The translations under genes and the position numbers were made by a program. DNA of 63,758 bases, counting the filler, from Reclinomonas americana ATCC 50394 (Eukaryota), in assembly GCA_048213135.1 (NCBI GenBank). It is 4 parts of 2 records of this genome, joined end to end, with 100 filler letters (N's around TTAATTAATTAA, not from the genome) between each part and the next. Parts side by side here need not be neighbours in the genome. Positions count along the whole stretch, not along the records: positions 1 to 27,387 come from PS015030.1; 3 more parts are not named here. The stretch is one strand, 5' to 3'. Positions 10,910-20,587 of the stretch are shown here, in pieces. Within the stretch, counting starts at the first letter, position 1, and each line of letters starts with the position of its first letter. A model generated the notes under the pieces. It was not told where the DNA came from. It searched no databases and saw only the letters and a list, made by a program, of their open reading frames with translations.

Positions 10910-13900
10910 CTCCCCCTCCCCCTCATCATCATGGGCGGCGTCCGCGCCGACGACACCACCCCACGCCTCCCCCGCACCATGTGCGAGTCACTGGCCCGCG
11001 GCCTCCACGCCTCCGCCTACGTCGAATTCACCTACATGCTGCACTACGAGCCCGACGGCTCCCTCGGCGCCACCAGCTTCGACGTGGAGCGAGCGCTGGT
11101 CGAGGCCCTGGCCGTCAGCTCCTCGCCTCTCACCCCGCTCTCCGCCACCTCGCCCATGACGCCGTCGCCGTTTTCATCGCTCGGTTCTGCCTCTGCTTTT
11201 GGCGCCTCCTTTGCGGCCGTCATGGGTGCCGCTGGTGCCGGCAGCAGTGTCGGCAGCGGCGTCACTGGCATGCATTCGCCGGTGAGCAACAGCAGCGGCA
11301 CTGCGTCGCCGGTGCTGACGCAGGTGGCGACGTTTGCTTCGTCGCCCGGCTCCGTGTCGAGCATGTCGCGCCAGCGTGTCACCATTCGCGACGAGCGCCA
11401 GGTTTCGCTCGATGCCCTGCCGCCGCCGCAGATGGGGGCCTCCATGTCCATGTCGGCCTCGACCAAGACCAAGCCGGTGGCCACTTCCACCACGACGGCA
11501 ACGGCGACTCCAGCGCCCACGGCGGCGGCGGCCGCGGCCCCCACGCCGGCGGTGTCGGTGGCCTCTCGGTCGAACTCGAGTGGCAAGAGCCTCCTGCATC
11601 ACGCGCAGTCGACTCCCGATTTGAACCACGCGGCGGCACAGGCGGCCAAAGCCGAGAGTGCTGCGGGTAGCAGCAGACAGGTGAGACAGTAGTGTTTGTT
11701 CCTTGCGGGCGTTGATGCTGACCGACGTCCACAGACAAACCCGCGACACACCTCCATTTCGTCGCAAATGTCGGACGAGAGCGAGATTGTGGTGCCTGAG
11801 GTATGGAAAGGAGCGCGATATGCACATGTCTCCTTCTGCAGTTGAATAATTTGTGGTTGCTGTGCAGGATCCCGAGTACGAGGTGGAGCAGGAGCAGGTC
11901 CGCACGCTGCAGGTGAGAGAAGTGGTGTGGGCCTCAGCAAGAAAGCATCGCGCGCTCACTTGTGTTCGTTTCTCAGGCCAACATTGTGGCTCACGGACAC
12001 GGCCAGCATCGTGGCGAGTACGTGGAGTTGGATGAGAGGTTTTTGCTTCTACTCAGTCGGTGATTGCGGGCGGTGCTGTCGTGCTGACTCTTGTTGATGT
12101 TCACAGCACTATTACGAAGGAGCGCTATCTGGGCGAGGGTGCGAATGGCAAAGTGTTCATGGGCAGGGTGAGTTATTCGTTGACTGGCGGACTTTGTACG
12201 TGGCTTCCTCTTTCGCTCTCTCTATTTCTCTTTTCTCTCTCTGCGTGTGCATGCGCGCAAGGCTGGTCCCGTTCTCGTTCCTGTGCGCTGCTGTGTGCCA
12301 TTCTTGCACCCTGTGGAACAATGTCTCTTGCTACATTTCTCCTCCCTTTTCCCCACTCTTCCCCCTTCTCTTCTCTTCCCCTTCTCTTCCCCTTCTCTCC
12401 CCCTTCAATTCCCCTTCTCTTCCCCTTCTCTNNNNNNNNNNNNNNNNNNNNTGCTGGTTATTTCCTCCCTCTTGACTCTGCTGTACGGCCAAGGCGGATG
12501 TACGGTACAGCAGCTTCCCCTTCCTCTTCCCCTTCTCTCCCTTCATCCCCTTCTATTCCCCTCTCTCTCCTCTCTCTCTCCCCTCTCTCCCCTTCTCCCC
12601 TCTTCCCCTTCTCTTCCCCTTTCTCCCCTTTCTCTCCCTTCTCTCCCCCCTTCTCCCCCCCTTCTCCTTCTCCCTCCTTGCCTCCTTCTCCTTCTCCCCC
12701 TTCTTTCCCTGTCTCCACTCACTTCGCCTCCCAGCTGTACGGCACCGCCGTCGCTCTGAAAGAACTGATGGTCAACGACCCTGCGGCACTCGAGCAGGAG
12801 CTCCGTGTGCTCTCGCTGGCGCGCCATCCCGGCACTGTGAGCCTTATTGGCGCCTGCATGCACAGCAAGCCGCAGCTGTCCATTATTGTCACCGAGTACG
12901 TCAGCGGCGGTGACCTGAAGCACTGGCTCTATCGTGGCCCGGGAGTTGCGTTGTGAGGGACAGTGAGTGGTGGCAGTGTTTGTGCGCAGAGAGCCAACAC
13001 GTGTTGCGTTGCAGGTCGTGGCCTCCATTCGTCGGCGACTGGAGATGTGCCATCAGATTGCAAGCACGATGGCGTATTTGGTGCGTATGTTGGAGATGAG
13101 ATTTTACACTCGTTTTGTTTCTGATGCTCAACTGCTGTCTCCATGCGCAGCATTCGTGAGTCACCATGCCGCTGGGAATGAAGGTTATGCTAGCACTCAC
13201 TTGTATCTGTGTGCGCAGTCTCGGCATCGTCCATCGTGATCTCAAGCCTGAGAATGGTTCGTTTGTGTCACCTTTGTCTTGCTGCTCTTCGCACGTGCTG
13301 ATTGTTTTCATGGCTTGCCACAGTTCTGGGTGATCCGCCAAAGGTCGGCTCGCCAGGCGCACGTCTGCCTCAATACTTGTCTCTCACTCACCTTTCTGCA
13401 GGTGGCCGATTTCGGTCTCGCGCGCTTCACCAACAAGGAGGGCGAGTCGTTGCATGAATTCGGAGGTACAGCCACACTCCTGCTCGTCTTCGCCTTTTCG
13501 ACTGTTGCTGATGTGCGCCACTGTTTTTGTTGCAGGAACCGTGTTTTAGTTGCGCTTCGTGTTGGCGTGCTTGGCGTGAAGAGTCACGTGAGTAACCCGT
13601 CGTTTGTCGTGCAGCATGTCGCCTGAGGTGGCTCGTGGCGAGTCGTACGATGAGAAGGTTTGCGTGGTGTGTATTTTCTGACATGGCATCAGCTTTCACT
13701 CATGATGCGGATGCTTGTAGTGCGACGTCTACTCGTTTGGGTTTGTTCAAGTCACCTCGTTCCATATGCATTTCATGATACGTGTCTGACTCAACATTTG
13801 CGCGTTTGCTGCTATCGATGCGCAGTGTCATGTAAGTCTTCGTCATCGTTCGTCGTGCTTTTGTTTGTTCCTGACTGTGGAAATTGCTGCACAGGATGTG

Positions 13901-16900
13901 CGGTGCGGCATGCATACCTTTGTTCAGCCCGCACCGCTCGACAGTGATCTGACACGCTTTCCTCTGCAGAAATCATGTCGCGAGAGCGTCCGTACAATGG
14001 AACAGGTGTGACGAATCAGGTTCGTCGATGACGCTTTCACTTTTGCATGTCGTTCTGCGTTCAGGGAGCTCTGCGTTCCGCAGCCTTTTACTCGAATCCC
14101 TTGCACCTTCTGTCTCTCTTTCTCTCTGCGCATGTGTGAAGCTGCCTCTGCATGTCTCTCCTCTCTCTCTCTCTCTCGCCTCCTCGAACTTGATCTGCCT
14201 CAGTCTGTGAGTCTTCCACTCGCTCACACTCTGTGTTTCCTCCTTCGATGCGTTTCTTTTCTCTCTTGATTGATGCTGGTTATTTCCCTCCCTCTTGACT
14301 CTCTTCATACTCTCTTCCTGTTCTTTGTCTGTTCTCCTCTCGTCACGTTCTTTCCTCTCCTTTCCACATCCTCTCCTCTCCGCATCCCTTCCTCTTCATC
14401 TCGTTCCCCAGCTCCCATCGTCNNNNNNNNNNNNNNNNNNNNNNNNNNNNNNNNNNNNNNNNNNNNNNNNNNNNNNNNNNNNNNNNNNNNNNNNNNNNNN
14501 NNNNNNNNNNNNNNNNNNNNNNNNNNNNNNNNNNNNNNNNNNNNNNNNNNNNNNNNNNNNNNNNNNNNNNNNNNNNNNNNNNNNNNNNNNNNNNNNNNNN
14601 NNNNNNNNNNNNNCTATGTCCTCTTCCGTTCCTTCGTATCCTCCTCCTCCTCCTCTCTCTCTCTCTCTCTTATCTTCTTCCACTCTCCTCTCTCTCTCTC
14701 CTTTGCCATCGTCCTCTCATCCTCTTTCGCTCGCAGTTCGGCCTCCTCTACAAGGTCGCTCGTGATGGAATCCGGCCGACCGTCTCCGCCACAACTCCTG
14801 CATCGGTCTGTGCGCGCCACCAGCATCATCAAGTCTCGCGCCTCCCACAAACTCACGTGACCTCTCCCTTCCCCCAGATCAAGAGCCTGATTGAGAGATG
14901 TTGGAGCGGCTCCTCCAAGCACGATAACCACCGACCGCCGTTCCGCAAGGTTGGTTGCCTGTTGTATGAACACCCGCTTCTCGGTTGTTGCCAATCTCCA
15001 CCTGCGGCAGATTGTCAAGGAGCTGCGCAAGATTCTCGACTCGGATCCGACGATCGACGGAGACACTGCTGCGGCGCCCCTGATACCGCTGCCGCAACGA
15101 ACTCCGTCCGACATTGCGATGCCGCCGCTGTTGGTGGATCGTGTCAAGGGCCTGCTGGTTGGCGGTGCAATCGGCTGTGTGCTGGGTCTGGCCACAGCGC
15201 AGCTGACTGCGGAGCAAGCGCGACAGGCGGTGCGTTGACATGCCTGGTGGGGAGGTGATGACGGTTGAGGCGCTGATGCCGTTTCTTTGCAGTGTGGTGA
15301 CGGCGTGTTGAGCTATCAAGCGGGTTGGCGGCGATTCAAGGAGGAGTTTCGTGTGGTTCCAGAGCTGCAGTGATGCATTTGTCTCACATATTCCTGCTGC
15401 GACAGAATGCAAAAAGGCATCCACTCGGGTCTTTGGCTCCTCGGTGACTGGACCGATGCGTACGATATTCAGCTGGTCGGGTTGCTGTCGTTTCGTAGCG
15501 CTGCCTTCTTTTACTCCTTGCAATCTCGGCTGTTTTGTTGACCACCTGTTTTTTGTTTCGACAGCCTGTTGAGCAAAGACGGCCAGGCGGTGGCGCAAGA
15601 CTTTGGACGACGGCTTCAGCACTGGATCTCGCACGGTACGTGATGTGTAGTGAGCGAGGCAGCTGGCGGTGGTTGACGTCTGTTGCTTCTGTCTGTGCAG
15701 GCTTCCCTGACCCACCTTTCAACGACAAGAAGTCGCCGGGAGCGGTGAGTACTGAGCAAAGAAGACCGGCGGTGCAGCTGCGTGTATCTCACTCGGCTGT
15801 TGCGATGCCAGGGGCGAACCATTACTGCGTGTGCCAATCATCCACTCTTTGGCACGGACAAGACGCACCTGGTTGGACTGCACATTGTTGCGTGGAAGAG
15901 CAAGAGAGAGGACGAGAGCTTTATCAAGTGAGAAAACAGTGTGTCCGGAAGCAAGCAAGCGAGGATGCAGAGAAGCAAGTTTTGCAGATGCATGACTCCA
16001 ACATGTGCTCACTCACACGTATTTGTTCTCGTGCAGTGGTCCGACCCTTTCAAGGTACATTTTGCGTTGTGTGTTCCGCGCTGTCTCATTCAGTTGTGTT
16101 TATCGACGCACTCACAGGGCGCTTGCCGCCGCACCACCAATGGCTCCTTCATGCGCATCTCCACCCTCGCCATTCCGTACTACGACGAGGTTGGTAATGT
16201 TCGGCTCCCCGCGTGACCACTGCGGTGCACTCACACTTTGTTATTATGCGGCAGTGGGAGGTGGTGCGCGATCAGACCATTCCGCTGTGCATGGCGACGC
16301 ACGCCGATCCGCGTGCCATTGCCGCCTGCATTGCACTGGTTTCGATTCTCTCGCAGACTCTGTGTGGCGAGCGCGACCCCAATGTCATGTGCGTTACGCG
16401 ATGGGATAGTGAGGGTAGAAAAGTCTGTAAATCCAGGTGTGCTCAATCGTGTGCCTGCACAGTTTCACCACGGCCATCGATCGTGCCGTGTTTGAGATGG
16501 AACAGTACATCAAGCAGGTTCGTTGATGGGAAGGGGTTGAAGAGGAAAAGAATCCCTGCTATTTTCAGAGACTCATCTTCCTTCTCCTCCCCTTCCCCCT
16601 TCGGTCTACTCCCTTCGGTCTTCCCCCTTCGGTCTTCCCCTTCGGTCTTCCCCTCTACGGTCTTCCCCTCTTCGGTCTTCCCCTCTTCGGTCTTCCCCCN
16701 NNNNNNNNNNNNNNNNNNNNNNNNNNNNNNNNNNNNNNNNNNNNNNNNNNNNNNNNNNNNNNGGTCTTCCCCCTTTGGTCTTCCCCCTTTGGTCTTCCCC
16801 CTTTGGTCTTCCCCCTTTGGTCTTCCCCCTTCAGTCTTCCCCCTTTGGTCTTCCTCCCTTGCTCTTCCCCCTTTGCTCTTCCCCCTTCGTCTTCCCCTTT

Positions 16901-17673
16901 TCCCCTTTCCCCTTCCGTCTTCCCCTTCCGCCCCTCTCACCCTCACTTCCCCTTGCCTCATAGCTTCCCGCCCTCATGACCACTCTCCTGGCGAGCCTGA
17001 GCGAGTTGCCGGAGGTGCACGCAGAGTACAAGGACGAGGCCGTGCAGCTGCGCGAGTCCTTCGAGTCCAACTTCCCCGAGGCACAGCTGCGATGCACGCG
17101 TGAAGTTCTCGTGCGCTATTGCACGGCCGAGCTCGCCGACTTGCACCTGGATGAGGTGAGTGCATGGAAAGAGAGGGAGAGAGAGAGAGGGAAATGAGAG
17201 GAGTGAGTGCTGACATGAAACTCGTCAGCCGGAAATCAATTTTGTGTTCAAGTCGCTGGGTGTGGCCATGTGGACGCTGCGGCGCCTGATTGGCCGTCGC
17301 GAGAGCCGAGCGGAGATGGGTCCTGAGTTCTTCCAGGACACTCTCATGCAAATCATTCGCTGCGGCGGCGACGCCGACGCGAACGGCCTCATTTCGGGCA
17401 CGGTGATGGGGTGCTTTATTGGCTACTCTGCACTGGTAATCATTGCAAGGCTCGTCTATTTTTCTCCTCTCGTTACTTACTCTCTCTACCGCCCAGCCTC
17501 GCGATTGGGTGGGCGATTTGCGGTTCGGTCGGTGGCTGGAGGAGCAGAGCGAGCGCATGGCGGAGCTGGCGCATCGCACATCGCGTGTGAACTCGCCCGC
17601 AACAGCGGCCGCAGCGTCGGCAGCAGCCTCAGAGGAGACTAGTGATGCAACTGCTGCGGCGGCGGCGGAGTGA
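10910..17673 (+). CDS. Multidomain protein: putative degenerate Rho/Ras-like C-terminal half, Ser/Ala-rich linker, TKL-type protein kinase, ADP-ribosylglycohydrolase (ARH/DraG) domain; about 30 exons
   Basis: Spliced kinase motifs GEGANG, VALKE, HRDLKPEN, DFG, GTVFYMSPE, DVYSFG, CW..RPPF. Exon 15011-15229 runs from the kinase end (IVKELRKIL) into DRVKGLLVGGAIGCVLG. Then GDWTDAYD, NGSFMR, THADPR, GGDADANG, PRDW; stop TGA 17671-17673. The true start is probably upstream of 10910. Confidence 0.85.
16595..16930 (+). repeat. Intronic minisatellite, unit of about 14-15 nt (ttcggtcttcccc / ttggtcttccccct)
   Basis: More than 12 visible copies flanking an N gap. Confidence 0.85.
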
Positions 17674-18555
17674 AAGTGGGCGAGCTGATGTGCTAACGCG
17701 TAGGAGGAGGTGGTAGAAGCAGGTGTGCACTCGTGGTGCTCAGTCACTCCCACGGCAACATCATTTGCGCTGTGAGGTCGATGGGCTGAGGCAAACAGGG
17801 AGAAAGAGAGGGAAGAGAGAAGGAGAGGCAAGGTACGTGTGCGATCTCTTGGATGTCGGCCACGTCTCGTGTACTTGCAGGAATGTGCTGTACGAGAACC
17901 CGTGTCTCGGGGTGGCCAACCTGCCATGCAAGTGCCTGCACAGGTCAGAGATGCAGTCAAGGGAAAAGAGAATAAGCAAGGCCCGACTTCGAGGGTTGCC
18001 GTTGAACGGAGTCGCGGTTCAACAAAGGTTTCTGGCCTTCCTGACAAGCAAGCGCCCTGCCAAGGGTCAAGGATCTGAGATACAGTCAAGGAAAGAATGC
18101 AGAAGGCCCGACTTCGAAGGGTTGCTGACGAACCAAAGGGTTGAACTCCTGATGCAAGGATAAAATGGCCGATTTCAAGCGTGCAGAAAGCCCGACTTCG
18201 CCGGCTTGCCTGCCGCTCCCCCCACAGCGAATTGGAAGCCAAGAATTGAGTGCAAGCGACGTGCAATCGTCGTCCTCGCGTCCTCTTCCCACATTGTCAC
18301 CCTTCAATCATCTCCAAAGAAAGAAAAAGTTGCGCTCCATGTCACCATCTCACTGTGTGCCTCACTCACTCACTCACTGACACACACTCTCTCACACAGT
18401 GGCCGACGATCGACGACCACTAAGTTGCGTTCACTCTCTCTCTCACTCACTCTCTCTCTCTCTCACTCTCTCACTCTCTCTCTCTCTCTCACACAGGCGC
18501 CTCCTCTCGTCGCAACACGCCCACAGTGCTCAGCAAAGGCGAACAAGCAGTCGCC

Positions 18556-19753
18556 ATGGAAAAGTCAATCGAAGAGTCGATCCGCACAGCAGAGGAGCTG
18601 GGCAAGCGAGGAGANNNNNNNNNNNNNNNNNNNNGTACGAGCGCGCAGAGAGCTTACTACGACAGGTGCGCCACTCATGCAGAAGTCAGTCAGTCACATA
18701 AGACTGCGTCACAAATCGATTGTATTTCTACAGTGTGCAGAGACGCAAGAGACGAAGCTGCGATATCCGTCGAACGATCCGCGGTTTCTGCGCACGGCGT
18801 TGCTGATTGACGAGTGCATTATCGCGCGATTGCGCGCGGAGAACGATCGATTGCGGCGATTGTACAGGCAGGAGCGATCGCGAAATTTTTCGCCGAATCG
18901 CAAGGCGGTGATGGCCGCGTTGAAGAGTGTGACTGTTGCTGCTCCTGTTGTTGTTGCTGTTGCTGCTCCGCCAGTGGTGGTGCGCGCGCAGACACCGTCG
19001 TTGCCGGAGGCGACGGTGGAGATGGAGGGCGCGAGGCAGCGGACGGATGAGACGGCGGAGAAGCTGAGGAGACACAAGGGCGAGGTGCGGTGGGAGTGAT
19101 TCAATGCGCCTTTCCTTGCGTTCTTTTCCTGCTGTCTGCGTGTCACACACACACACACACACACACTCTCTCTCTCTCTCACTCTGCTTCCTGCTCGTTG
19201 TGCGACTGTCTCCATCGGTTTCGACTGCGGTGCTTCGTCTGTGCTCAATGCGCTTTTCCTTCAGTTCTCGTGGTCACTTGTCCCTCCACATTCCTCCTGT
19301 CTGCGTCTCGCACTCTCTCTCACTCTCACATACTCTACTTCCTGCTCGTTGCGTTTCTGTATTCATTGTTAACGGCTGCGCTGCTTCGTCTGTGCTCAAT
19401 GCGCCTTTCCTTCTGTTCTCGTGTTCGCCCGTCCCTCCACGTTCCTCTTATTTGCGTCTCGCACTCTCTCTCACTCTCGCTGCGCATCTGTCTTCATTGG
19501 TTTCGACTGTGCAGGTTCTCATTCGTCTCACCGGCGGGCCTTTCTTCTGTTCTTGTGATTGCCTTGTTTCATATCTCACTCTCGTCCTCCACCCTGTCTG
19601 CGTCTCGGATGCCTCCGTTGCTTTCCACTGCTAGTCTCTCTCTGTGAGAGATCCTGCTTGCTGTGTCTTCTTTGGGTTCGACTGGGCAGCAGCGTTCTCA
19701 TTCGTCTGTGATCAAGCGCGCCATTCTTCCTTTCTCGTGATCACCTTGTTTTC

Positions 19754-19798
<45 letters not shown>

Positions 19799-19993
19799 NN
19801 NNNNNNNNNNNNNNNNNNCGCCGCGCAGCTGGAGGAGACGGTACGGGAGGCGTCGCGGGCCAAGAAGCGGGCCGAGGATGCCGAGGCGCGGTTGCGGGCG
19901 GAGCGCGAGCGGTGTGCCGTGCTCGAGCAGCGCCTGCAGGTGCGGGAGAAGCGCGCTGAGTTGGTGGCCGTGGCGTCGCCGTCCGTCGTGTGA
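18556..19993 (+). CDS. Hypothetical coiled-coil protein
   Basis: ATG 18556 MEKSIEESIRTAEELGK; exon IARLRAENDRLRRLYRQE; last exon from 19829 LEETVREASRAKKRAEDAEARLRAERE..VV*. Confidence 0.6.
19100..19640 (+). repeat. Degenerate tandem repeat of about 150 nt (3-4 copies) inside an intron
   Basis: tcaatgcgcctttcctt..gtccctccac..tgcgtctcgcactctctc recurs at about 19101, 19245 and 19396, and weakly at about 19535. Confidence 0.75.
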
Positions 19994-20587
19994 GAAAAAA
20001 AAGGGAAAGGGTGAAAGGGGGAAGGGTGGTAAAGTGTTTTTTAGTTTGTTCAGCTCGGGGGGAGGGGAAGAGAAGCGAGAGAGAGAGAGAGAGAGAGAGA
20101 AGAAAGCGACGGCGATGTATAATGGCGAGCGAGTTGTGCGTTGATGAATTAGATGTGTTCAGTGAAGAGTAGAAAGAGGGAGAACAAGAGAGATTACCTA
20201 CCATAGGTTTTTTGATTGTCTCCTCGTTCTGTGCGCTGGAGAGACCACGAATCAGGGAAAAGCTGGTGCTGAGGTAGTGACTGAAAACAATGCCACAGAC
20301 GACGACAGTCTGCATCAGAGCAGCATCACTTCGATAGACACCGAGGAAGAGCCGTGGCGCCGGCCCGCCTGCTGCCGTGTGTCCTGAATCGAGAAGAGCA
20401 GTACTTGAGACATAATGGCGCAACATGCTTATAGTTTCTGTATAGAAACGTCACTGATCTCTCCTTTTTTTTATCGCGCCACTCTGCAATCTATTGGGAT
20501 TGTTGCAAGCAGAGCCATGGCTGTCGATGCGCTGGGCTAATCTACATCACCCGTCCCTCCATTGTCTTGCACTTATAAAATACACTG

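Noticed and set aside
12481-12515. Alternative kinase exon (MYGTAA resembling LYGTAV)
   Set aside because: Very short match with no adjacent acceptor, running into a pyrimidine tract; probably chance or a relic.
16595-16930. CRISPR-like array
   Set aside because: No unique spacers and no cas genes; it is an intronic minisatellite in a eukaryote.
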